The translations under genes were made by a program, and so were the position numbers. Of a DNA stretch of 64,000 bases, positions 1-13,000 are shown piece by piece. Under the pieces are notes generated by a model that was not told the DNA's origin, made no database searches, and was given only the letters and a program-made list of their open reading frames with translations. The number at the start of each line of letters is the position of its first letter. Position 1 is the first letter of the stretch. Source of the stretch: Ascidiella aspersa (Eukaryota); the NCBI GenBank assembly GCA_963924565.1, contig OZ004610.1:9300001-9364000 (forward strand), in the 5' to 3' direction.

Positions 1-1000
1 GCATTCGTTCGTTTCTGGAGAAATTTTCCTCCAAAGCGCTCAACCCGATACTTCCCGTCATAGCATCGCCATTGGCGCGGCAAAGTGGTGTTCCCGAGAA
101 GCCAAACCAGTCAGTAAACAGTTCCTCTCACTTTCGGTCACGCACTAGGCAGATAGGACTTTTTAGTGACTCGTTCCATCCCTGCATAAACCACACATTA
201 TTGTGTTTTGGTTCGGGCCTCCCTTCCTTTCGCCCGGTAAACATTTTTATCATAGGCCTATACTGTAAACACGAAAAACTTCGCGGCAGAATTTTGTGCA
301 ACAGTATACGAATCGACTGCTGTAAACCTGCCAAAACCTCTAGTAAACTTTAAACGAATTTTTAACGCCTTCGTATACAGTTTAATTAAAGTTTGATTAT
401 GATGTTTTTTTCAACAGTAATGTAAAGTGTTACGATTGACCTAAAAAAGAGCACTTTGAATCTGTGTTTTTAAAGTCGAATGTTTTTCTTGACTTAAGTT
501 TCATGGTCTTGTTGACAAAATTACATTTTTTGAAAAGGTAATAGAATCGAAAGACTTGATTTAATTAATGTCATTATATGCGCACCGATAACTTAGAATT
601 TAGACTATATAAAGATAACTTGGACGTTTTTCTAAAATAATTTTCTAATAAAGATGTCCTAAATTCTGCTGGTATTCCTTTTGTTGTTAATTTTAAGGTT
701 GTTAGACTGTTGACTGAGGTAGACGGTGACATACAGTTGACTTGCTCTTTGTGTCTTTGACAATCATTTCAAAAACGGGTCGACTTGTACTTTAGTACAA
801 CGATAAAGTTTGGTCGATTCAAGATTTAGGCCAGTGATTGTAGCCTTAGAGCACTGATGCCTCGCGGGTACAAGCGCGAGACGCCTAAATACATTGCACA
901 GCGTCCAGTCGGTGAATCACCGATGCCGAGTCACGCTGAATCACGCAAACGTCGAAACACTCCGGATCTGAATATACCAACCAGCGCCGTTTGTTTTCAG

Positions 1001-4000
1001 GTGTATCCGCTGAGCGGTCCAGTTAACGGAGGAACGAAGTTGACAATCGAGGGCTCCAACCTCGGCGTCGTTCCACGTGACATCATAAACGTCACGGTTG
1101 GCGGCGTTCCGTGCACGCTCAACAACGACGAATACTTGGCATCGAAGAGGTTAGATTTCTGCTGTTATTATCTCCAAATCAGATAGGCGCTTTGCTGTAG
1201 GCCTACCGCTGCTGGTAAAACGACACACTGTTTTATCTACGACGAACGCAACGTACCAAACGTTGTTTAACCCATGAAATGTTGTTTAAATTGGTTAAAC
1301 TCTTGGGTTTTAAATTGGTTAAACTGTGGGTTTTGTTTAGAGGTTTTCAACTGCGCGTTTTAGATGACCGTCCTTACAGGTTTTACACTAAACATCTGAA
1401 AGAAGCTCATGATATTCTTTTTTTGTTTTAAATCGGGGTAATTCTTCTTTACCCTATAGTGGTTACTAAATTGAACCAAATTTATGATATTTGCTATGGT
1501 AAGTCCACTTAATAAAAACGTTTTAAAATTTGTGCAATTCGTATAACTGTAGAAATATATTCGCTTGACTTGATCCATTCTCAGAATCAATTTGCCTTTA
1601 TGCACGTTTCCATGGTCGTACTGCTAAAATTCAAATTTAATCCACAAAAATGCGACGCAATTAAGACCAAGACTTCCAAATCGTGCCTCGACCCTTTTAA
1701 CTCTTTACAGGTAGTTCGACCTGCAAACCACACTAGCCCTATTTTTAGTACAGCATTCGGAATTCGTTTCCAGTCGGCCCAACGTTTCTCTGCTGTGCTT
1801 TTGTTGAGTTTTGTTCACTGCCGAGAAATCAACGTAAAAACCAGGCGTGAAGTTGGCACGAAACTATAGAGGTCAGCCATTCAGGGCTTGCAAATTTTAA
1901 GTGGTCACCGAAACCAAGCATCTTATTTCGCTTCCCGTTTCGGGCGCAACTCGCTAACCTCGTGATTTTTGCTGTTGTTTTTAGGGTGGTTTGCCTCACA
2001 CAGACGGCGGCGCCGGGAACCGGCCCCGTCACCCTTAGAACGAACCACAGCGGCAAGGCGGTCAGCTTCGGAACGAACTTCAACTATCAGGTAAGATTTT
2101 GGAGCTTTGGCTTGTATTTAAGTCTTAAAAGTTAAAGCTGCTGGTGTTACTATTCCGTGCAACACTGGTACCAAGCCCAGACAGCTTTCCTTTATATGCA
2201 AGGCCATAGAACCGCTCGCGAAATGCTGGAATCCGCCTATAGGCAAATATTTACCATGTGCTTTATGTCGGTAAGATTGCGCGTCTGGTTCGTCTGTAAA
2301 CGTAGGGCGCTTTGTCGCTCCCTGCTCGACATTTGATAGATTTGACGAAATTTGCGTTTCGTATATAAGGGGACCTTTGTCCGGCAATTGCCTTGCCTGC
2401 TGGCCACGTGTTACTGCCTGCTAAATTTAATAAATTGGTTAAAGAAGACCATTTGGCAGGGCGGCTGAAATTTATTTGGTATGTTTATTTTCTTTCTTTA
2501 GCTTTCGTGTTATTTTCTCATAAATAAAAAAAGGCGTATAAACGTGATTTGTAAGGAGCTTGACACATGAAGTGCCGATTGAAACTTGCCCGGTACATTC
2601 CTAATGTAAAACACTAATTGCTAAAGAAGAAATGTCAAATGCTTTATTCAGGTTACAACTCGAAAAAGATGTGCTCCGGCGAATAAAACTTAGCGGTAAA
2701 CGAACTGAAAAGATGTTGCACGGACCGAAATACAAAAAAAGATGTAGCGCGAAGCAAAAGTTCTTCACGGACCCCAGTTTGAACACCACCGCGCTATAGA
2801 AATTGACCTATGTGTACAAAGTCTCGATCGGCTCTGTAGTAATTGGACCCACTCAGCGCATTCTCACCCAAAGGGTGACGTCACTCATTACGACATACCG
2901 CTTCTGAATCAGGCCACGTTCCAGCCGAGACGCGTGGTGCTGCTATTTCGTATAGTCGTTGCCTTGTCAGCAATGCGTAATTTGTCCGCGAACAATCGAA
3001 GAGTTGTCTATAGGGCGGTTATTAATTGGGGGTCGCACCAGCGTCTTGGGAATATGCGTTTCGAAACAGCTGGCACGTGCTTACCAGTGGGTTTCGAAGC
3101 TCGGACGCGCAATCTAATTAAAACTCTGCTTGACCCCGATCATTAGTTTGTTTTTCTGTATTTAATTAAATCACGCCAGTTTGTTTTTAGTCCATTTTTG
3201 CCGCCTCAAATACCAAAGCTTCCTTTCTCACTTAGTGTGTCTTGGTTCAGTATAACAAAATCTGTAAAATTGTTACGATTTCTTGTCAAAATGTTTATGG
3301 TTCGCATAAACCGCTGTTTAATATAAATAAGGTGTTACTTAAGAGGTTTATATCTACTTAAAACAAATCAAAAAATATCCAAACAATGCGAGTATTTTAG
3401 GCACGAATAAATTACGCAATTACCTTTGATGGTGAAAACATGTGAAAAGCTATAGTGGGTTTAGAGTGACGGTTGTCCGCGACGTTTTGACGTCAGGAGC
3501 GACAAATATTACAACCGCAGCAGTTTCCCTGCTTGGTAGAAGGGCAGTACGTAACTTTCAAACTGGACAAATAAGGTACAAGGCGGTTTCATTGCGCCAA
3601 TGGTAGTCCCCTGCTGGTGAACAGCCGTCGGCGCAAATAAAATTACCCATCGTTCAGTGGACTTATCCGCTCAGTACACATTTGGCAACCTCGCGATTGT
3701 CGAATCCCCCCTAAGTGCCCTGAAATTGACTTCTTGATGACCCTCGATGACTGCGAAAGGCCTCTCCAGCCTATTTCGCCATTGTTTGTTCTTACGCCTG
3801 GGCAGCAAAAAAGCAAGACTTGAAGTAATAAAGCGTGGTCAAGGTATTTTCATATATACCCAAACCAACAAATTAATAGTTAACAAGCACATCTGTCCAA
3901 GACGAATTTGACAATTGATCCTGATGGACAACAGCTTCGTAATTTATTCTGACTTTTTATATACTAATTACGATATTAAAGGTAAAGGCCCGAGAAACGC

Positions 4001-7000
4001 GTATTTTAGCACACTTGTAAACATATATCGCAGACCTAAAATTATAACGACAGGACCACATATTCAGTTGCGTCAAGGGCCTTGCCAAATAAAACTATAT
4101 ACTATACGTGGCATAAAAGGTTGGTTATAAAGCCCTGCTGTTTATAAATTGGTCATTTGTTTTCGCAGACAGTTTCTGTTTCTTCGTTTTCCCCAAGTCA
4201 AGTTCTGAACAACACGAAAGTGACGATCACCGGGAGCGGAGTAAACGCCGGAAACGGAGCCAGAATCGTCGTAAACGGCAGCACAGTCAACTGCAACCCT
4301 CGGTAAGGATTACGCAAACAGTCGGTGCCTAAATGTAGAGTATAGCTCCTTTGTGACGGCCTCCCGCGATAAGCTACCGATTTGACTTCTGATTAGTCTG
4401 CAACACGCCAAACTGCCTTATCTCAGTTACATATGTCGCCGTAGTGTAGGTCGCCAGAGCCAACGTGCAAGTGATTATGACCGTAACGCTGGTGTAAACA
4501 AGGTTATCTCAAACCCTCGGATAATTATTTTTGGTATGGTCAAATTGGACTGTTTTTGACATGTTATGGCATGCGATTGGGGAAAAAATCACTTAACGTA
4601 CCATATAATAGTTTTAATAAACCAGCAATAAACCGTTTGGCTTTTAGTTTACCGAAGTTGGCTGTAACAGCTGAGTGACTTTTTCAAATGCAAAAGTCAA
4701 ATGCAACCCGGACACAATTTCCAACATTAAACGTTGCAATTAGGCTGTTTCGACGACGAAAATGACGCATTACGCATCTACGGTCTCCAGTTTCTGCATT
4801 GCAAGCGTTGAGGCGCGAGAAAGCGTTCGGGAATATGCATTATGCATGCATGAAAAATCGCCGACGTAAACAGAAGTGAAGCGCGTGCGATCGCACTGTA
4901 ATTTAGCCCTGCACCCGCTGGGCGCTATCCATTAGAGTTGTGTGCAAGTGTCTTTATGTGTCCGCCTACATTTCGACAATAGCTGCTGATTGTAAACCGT
5001 TTTTTGGAAATAACTGGATTTAAAAAGCGCATAATTGCACACAACTCTTTTCTTTAAAAGTCCTTGGTAATTTTTATGTGAATACTTGGCGATTGCAATG
5101 CTCATTTTGATCAGATGTATTAGTTTTGTCTCGGAAAGTATAACAGGTGTACTGCATCTAATGTCTATACATGTGTCATGTAAGCCTCTATAGTTTGTTA
5201 GGAAAACCATATCAGCTATAGTTGTATAGCAAACATAAAGTAACTGAAGCTGCACTTTACTCATTCACCGTTTTCCATAATTATGTATTTAACTCCATAA
5301 GAAGATTAAAGACGGAATATAAAACTAGTGTCTTGTATTGGAAAATATGCAGCATTTGAAACTCGTTCCACTTTGATTGCAATCTCCGTTTTAAAATAGG
5401 ACAAAATCTCCTGTCATGCATAAGTCAAGGTGAATATAATGTTAAAACCGCGACGCACTTAAAAGGGTCAATCGCCTCGCAAGCCATATGCTTTTCGAGC
5501 TGGCCGTTTAGGCTTGCCAGTTTCCGGATTTAAAACGAAAACATTTCGTTAATTTGGCACTTACTGAGCATCCGCTATCGCTTGCCGACAATCGATTGCC
5601 AATCAATCGCCCTGTTTTGGCAGACACATTTCAGGCCTTGGCAGCAGCAGCAGCCTGTCCCCGTCTTTGGCAAACACAGCCAAAAAGAAATGTGGACGGG
5701 GATTTACATCGCCGTTTGCGCTCGGTTGATCCGATCGACTAAGTTCAACAAACTCGTTAAGAATACATTAGTTTAAACAGCGCCCCCGCTGTGGCATATT
5801 ATCTTTGTATGTTGTAGGTGTTCTTGAGAACTAACACGTTTAGTAACGACATCCTCTGCTTTTATTATTTTAACCGTAGGCGCATAGTTACAGACTTGTT
5901 CGTGTTCAACACTATAGTTGATCTTACGGTATTCTGATACATTAAAAAACTAAGCAAGTACGTTGACAAGCAAAATTTTGGGCGGGGTAAATATCTTGAC
6001 CACGAGAAAATTCGCCTGTATAAATTTTGTTTTTTGACTCCTTGTTGATACGAAAACGTTTAGCAGCTCACAAAAATTAAGTCTGTGTGGCAAATTGCTT
6101 TGATTCTGCTCGCTAACGTAAAGGCTACTTACGAAGACAAAATTAGGGAATTAAGCGGGGCAAAGACACTTTTGGTCTCTTGGCTAGGCATATACGCCAA
6201 AGCCTCCAACATTTTTAGTCTTGCACAAACAAAGCTCAGCATTTTTGGTTTATTCTGCAGTTCTTCTACTATACTGGATTGCGTTAGTCCTAACGTCGTC
6301 CAGCCCGGAAACTACTCGATCCTCGTGAAGGTCGACGGCTTCAGCAGCTACGTGCCAGGCTGGCTCCAGTACTTTGCTGTACCCGGAATATTTCGCAGCG
6401 GCCCGCTACAGAGCTTCAAAAGGTTGGTTTACATTACTCTTCAATCGAATTGCATTGATGAAAGTCTCCAAAACTAGAAGAAAAATTTCAAACTATATAA
6501 AAGTATAGGAAACCTTGTGTGAAAGTTTCAAATTAAATTACCATTGTGTAAAGAGTAAAAAAAACACACTGGGTTCGCTACGACGTTGAAACGAAATTTA
6601 TTCGAAAAGTTTACACATTTGTTACCGACTTCGATTAGAGCTGTGCTATGTCTTTCATTCGTTAGTGGATATTAGGCTGTTTGGTATGTGTGCCAGTAAC
6701 CCACCACATTTGCTTTTAAATTTACATACTTTTCTATATCGAGTGAGCCCAAAACAACAAAATAAGTTTTAAAGCGATGTACGTTCACTTGTAAGGTTTT
6801 ACCCTAAAAAGTGTCCTATTACTTACCTGACGAAAATGCTCTTATAAGTTAGTCTTGGCGAGATCTAGTAACAAATTCAATTTAGCATTATCGAAACACC
6901 TGTCTCACAGTGATCGGAAGAAACCGTTTTTAGTTCCCGATTACAATAGACCGAATAAAATATTACCTACAAGTGCACGTTGCTTTGCATAGTTTGGTGC

Positions 7001-10000
7001 GCAAATGTGTCGTCGTGGTTGTTTACGAGTTCATTTTTATGAGTGATAGCCTGTTTCCTGTCGAAAAGTTCCACTACTTTGTTTTGGGGAAATGATCTTG
7101 GTACTCTACTTTTACTCAACACTTAATAATGGCGCGTTTTAAACCGGGTGTTAGTATCCTCTATGACCGGCCATATAAACTTCCCATTGCGTCAGTCTCA
7201 AACTATGATCCAGTAGCAAACGTGGTCTAGACATTTTATTCGCCAGCAGAGCGAAATCTATATATTTTGCTAACACATCTAAAACGAGCGTTGGTTTCTG
7301 TTTTCTATTGCAAATTTATTAAACCCTCTCTTGCAATTAGTTGTCCATTATGATTTTGCAAGTGAGGTGTTGTGGCGCTAAGTACATTTTAATCATATAA
7401 AATATTTTGCATATATCACCTGCTTTCCGGTAATTTGTAAATAGCGTAACAAGTTTTATGTTCCATTGAAACACAAGTGCTGTTTATCATGACAACCACA
7501 CCGCGACTTAATTACCTGACACACCAGATATCCAGTCTTTGTATATTGGGTCTTATAGGAATGCCTGACCACAGAGTTTAAAATGGTCGATTGCCTAGTG
7601 TAGACATCGAGAATTTAAGCCCTACAGCAGGGTTTTTGACCTTTTTATGGTCGTGATCCAACTTTTTTAAAATATTCCGTGGCTCACTTCCTAAAGTTCT
7701 GCTTAAATTGGTTATTTATAATCAACTGAAATTTGTAAGAAATCAAAAATAACTTTAAAAAATGTGTGAAGAAGAAGAACATTTTATAATAACCCACACA
7801 TAACGCAACTATTAATGCGAAGTTTAAGAATGTACTTTAAAAAAAGCTAAAGAATTAAAATAAAACTAAAATATTTACAGACGTAACAATTTCCAAATGC
7901 TCTGTGGACCACCAGTTAAGAACACATGCCCTACTAACTGGTCCCGTCAGTTCGTTTAAGAGTACAACGAACTTATATTTTAACCGTCATCACTAGCACA
8001 TGCATACTACAAAGGTTATTTTTCTTTATAACCTTGCTTCTGTTTGCAGCGGTGGCCGGACGATGACCGTTAACTTGACCGATGCAAGAGGAGTCCACAG
8101 CGCTGCCTTGGAAGTGGCTGGCTGGGCACCTGTGGTAAGTAGCACTGCATGATGAATATGACCGATCTTGTGTCACTTCCCTTTACCCGATGCAACTAGG
8201 CAAGGGAACGAGGGCGGATGTGACTCGTTCAAAACGATGGGAGTTATATGTTATGGCGGTGCAAATCACGCCACGTGTTTTACCGGTGCCCGGGATTTTC
8301 TTGTACCCTATACTAAGTGGCTTTAAAGCGTCGGCGTGGCTGCTTCTGCCAACAACGTATCGATCGGCTGCCTTGTTCAGCAACCGCTAATGGCTGATAA
8401 ATTTAGGGTTGGTAAAATTGTAAGCCATTTTTCCACACCCTAGGGATATATACCAATTTTCGTAAAAACATATAAAAAACGTTCTTTTTACATCGTTTAA
8501 AGTTTTAGCCTTATATGTCTTTTACTAAAGATTTTCAAATAAAAACAAACATTTGTCTGATTACCCCATACAAAGATGCAAATGTATCAATTTAAAGTTG
8601 AAAAAGGTTATACTGGACTACATTTATATTATGTGTAATAACTTGTGACTGGAGCAAGCTGTAAAGGAGGCTTGCCGCGTTAAACAGCAAAATTCCTGCG
8701 ACAGTTGATTGATAGGTCGTGTCTGTCGGCTGTCACAAACAAATAAACTCACACGTCAAAAAACGTGATAAACCTGTTTCGCTAACGATTTCGCTTGCGT
8801 TTCCTTTGACGAGAGTGTTTTATACGTTGATTCGAGATAAATACCTCGATTCGAGAAATTTCTGCGCCATTGGTTCATCTATGTGTAACGCTCTCATGTC
8901 TTTTACTACACAACACAATTAATCTTACTACACAAAGTACTACACAATTAATCATTTTAGTTAACTTCCAGATTAAGCAAAACAAAACTGCTAGTATAAT
9001 TTCACATTTGGGTACTCATGGATTGAAAATAGTTCACCAGTGTATTTATTAAATTGTTGACATAAAAAAGGGCAATGACATTAGCAGAATTGCAAAAAAA
9101 TGACATTAGCATAACCGCGACATAATATTATTTTATTTAGTAAAATGAGTTGGAAATTATAACTATAGAGTCCTTTTATTTTTTAATTAAGTTTTATGGA
9201 TTTTTTCATGGCCTGTATTTCTCATAAGCAACCTAGCAAGGCGGTCCGCTTGTTTTTTTTGACTTATTTTTTCCTGTCACCCTTAGCGGGGCCTTGGGCC
9301 AAACTAGTAAGGTTATATGGCCAAAAGTGTCGAGCGCTTTTCCCAGTTATCTATCAGCATTTGGTGTCTTGCGAAACCTAACTACATGGGCATGCTTTTA
9401 TCATCACCCCTTTAATGCCACCTTTCGGAGGGGTCCAGTATAACGCCTTTTAAAACCTGTTTCGCTAACGATCTCAGTTGCGTTTCGTTGAGGAGAATGG
9501 TTAATACTTCGATTCGAAATGCATTGCTGCGCCATTGGTTCAACTATGTAAAGAAGCTTTTTTGTATTATTTACTACACACTTACAATCAATCAAGATTT
9601 CAGTTAAAATTCATATTACCCAATATAACGCTTCCCCTGTATCGGCAGCCTTGTGAGATCGACCGTGCCAATTCAACTCTCCAGTGTCGCGTGCCAGCCA
9701 TCTCCCAAGTGTCAAGACAGCGGAGAGCGGTGCCCGGCAACGGTAAGTCCCAATGTTTTTTTTGTTTAAACTTCGCCAGTTTTTTCGCCTGCAACTGTAA
9801 AACGTGGGATCGCTTCGCGTTGGCGTCATACGCGGAAATTAAGTGCGACTTCCGGTCGCGTAAACTCTTGCGGATGCTAAAACTAGTTGTTTAAACTATA
9901 TTGCGTGCTTTTTTTAACGTCAATGTTATTACCGCTAGGCTACGACCGAAACGAAATAGTTGCATTCTCTTTGAAGAAAACTCAGACTTGCATTAAAAGT

Positions 10001-13000
10001 GTAGTATTAGTGATTTGGGAGGAATTTAAAATGGCGATTTTTTCAATAAAAAGAAATAAACGCAGTTTGCTCTTTGTGTAGAATTTGCATACGCATTTTA
10101 ATTTGACTTTTTGTCCTGTTCAGATAACAGCCACATATGTTTGATATAATTCTTTGAGATTGCAAGATTAGTGTGGCAGAACAGCGGTTTATTCATAACG
10201 TCGTCTTCGCGTCTCGAATTTCGTGAAAGTGACATAAACAAACGTCTGCCAGTGCTCGGCATCAACCAGCCAGTCACCACTGCACGACGCTGACATTTCC
10301 TGTGCGGCGTTCACCGACTCGCGAGTTCCAAACAACCTCGCGGTCTGTTTATAACGCGTCATAATCCCTGACTTGTTAACGCGGACCGATTCGCAGTAGC
10401 CAGGCTTCCTTTGTTCGAGCCATGTTTTCTTGATTTATCCTTCGATTGGCCAGTTTGCTGCATTGCCGCTTTATAGGCAGCCGGCTCCTTTATTTTACCC
10501 CGGTTACGGATCAAGGCTTACTTTGTTTGTCCATGCTTTCTCGATTTATTTTTCGATTGGCCAGTTTGCTTCATTGCCGCTTTATAGACAGCCGGCTCCT
10601 TTATTTTACCCCGGTTACGGACCAAGGCTTACTTTGTTTGTCCATGCTTTCTCGATTTATTTTTCGATTGGCCAGTTTGCACCATGGCCCCTTTGTAGGC
10701 AGCCGGCTCTTTTATTTTACCTCGTTTACGGATTATGGTCATGTAAATTGGTCTATTATTATCTTGTGATTCTCGTTTACTAGCCACGCGTGAACAGACC
10801 TCGTCTGTAAAGTAAGCCGCCGAACCGACTGTAAGGTTCGGCCTTTATCTGTGTTTTGGTCCTTGGTGGTGTAACCCTTGCACCGGAAAATCGTAGCGCC
10901 GATGAGTGTGCGTTGCTGCGAGCGGAAACGGAGAAGAGACTGCATGATGTGTTGCGCATACCATTTGCATGTCGATTAACGCAACTGTCACTGTGTTTTT
11001 GACCGGCGGTAATGACATGGCCTTTTTTGCGCTCTAATTAAGCTACAACAAAGGCGCTAAAAGTGATATTTAGAGTTAAGTTGAAAATCGCAAAATTGGC
11101 CGTATTTTAGGATTTAACTAGGTTTAACCCCTTTACCATCGCAAAGGCCTTATAAGTTAAGCCACCTGACAAGACAAACGAACCATTCCAACCGATTACT
11201 TGCAGTTATAGTTACACTTTTGCGTTCGAACATCATGCATTGGCAAATCGGCCTGGTTTTGAATGAGCAGGGCGTGTGTTACTGTGTTTGCCAATTCGAT
11301 AATATTTATGACCCATGCGTGCCGAAGTGTCTGCATGTTTTTAAAGCTACCCATATAGGCTCTTGCGTTTAATTGGTTCGGAAAATAGCAACGTAGCGTA
11401 GCTTCACAGTCCACTGCGACCGCTCGACCACGCTGAATAGAGTGGGTATCGGAATGCGGCCAAACGAAACATGGGCTTATTTTGTTGTATGTACGCACGC
11501 TCCATTCAATTCAATGACGTCACATCACAAAATTAAAATGAGCCCAACGTTGTCGGAAATGAGCAAACCCGGGCGTCAGCCTTTTAACAAAACCTAAGTT
11601 GCGTAGTCGTGAATGTTCCAAATGTCTACTGTTGAGTTAATTAAGTTTTTCAAGTTAAAAAAAAGGGGCAAGTGTTTACCCACAACCACAACACTGTTTC
11701 TGGGTACAGATAATGATTCTGCGAATCTTGTTTAAACATTTGTATAGCTCTGATTAGATATTTGTGTAAAGTTTCACATTCCTCATAAAATCACTTTATA
11801 GGCACAGTTCGATTTCATCTAATTCTCTCATTCAGGAAACTCTGGCAATATAGTTTTACATGTGGCTTTTTCCAGCTAGGCACTTGTAGTTTTCATTACA
11901 ACTTCCGCGAACATACCCAGAACTTTAGCCGGACCTGAAGCCAGAGTTGGTCACAATCAATCAGTAACTTTGTCAGGCTTCATTGCGTTCATCCGAAATA
12001 AAAGCGCGCCCATGCTTTTTCCTACGTCTCTGTCAATCCCTAAACACCAAAATCGCTTTCCGTTACTAATACCGGTTACCCCGACAACAAAAACAAGCGC
12101 AACCCAAACCCTTCTGACGTCATTGTCAGCTGGCTTAACAGAGAGACGCGCGCTCAGCCGATGACCAAAGTAAAACGATACAGCTTAACAGGCAGCCCGT
12201 CATCTCTTCCTTTTAAGGCTACGCCGTGGACCTAATTATCAACGGCGTCCATCGGGTTCCGGCCGGCACCATTACGTACCAGGACGACCCGTCAGTGACG
12301 TCACCGCCCCAGCTGCCCTGCGAGACCTCGACCACAGCGCCCTCGGGTGGTGAGCCTGCAAACGCGACCGCCCAGAAACCACCCTTGGACACCGGGACTG
12401 TGATAATCACGGTAAGATTGCGTAGCTATACGGACTTGTTATGATATAAACCAGGGATGGCGAACCTTTTCATCTCGCGGGTCATAAACACGACTCAATC
12501 CTTACAAAATGCACAAGTGGGTCATATATTTAATTAAATGTTAATTTATGCGAAACTTTGTTGCTGCGTCGTTTTAAGTGTTTGGGTTAATAATTCAAGG
12601 TTTTGGACGATTTCCAAAACGGGTTCCCCCGAATATTTAGAACCTAAATATAAAAACAAATGCTTTAGCATTTTTTATGGGATTGCAGTAGTTCAGCAGA
12701 AAGCTTTTCAGCATGGTTTAACCAGTTTTTTTTTATAATTTTTAGTCTCTTTTTAGAATTATTTATTTGTCTGCTTTTCTGCACGCATTTGTTATAATGC
12801 AGTTAATGTAGGCTTCCTCATCAACCCTAGAACACTTTTGTTCGACCCATAGATTGGACAGCCGCGATTTCAACAGTAGGTTATAGCGCTATTGTTTTTT
12901 ACTTTTATGTTCTCCTGAAAATGATTGATAACATTTCAGTATTTCTAGAGAGACAAGTGGGTCATTAAAAGCTGTGGTGTCAGTGGTTCGCCATCCCTGA

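Noticed and set aside
10430-10783. Repetitive 107-117 aa ORFs
   Set aside because: Result of a 111-bp (37-codon) tandem repeat in a plexin intron, with no fitting splice sites or recognisable domain.
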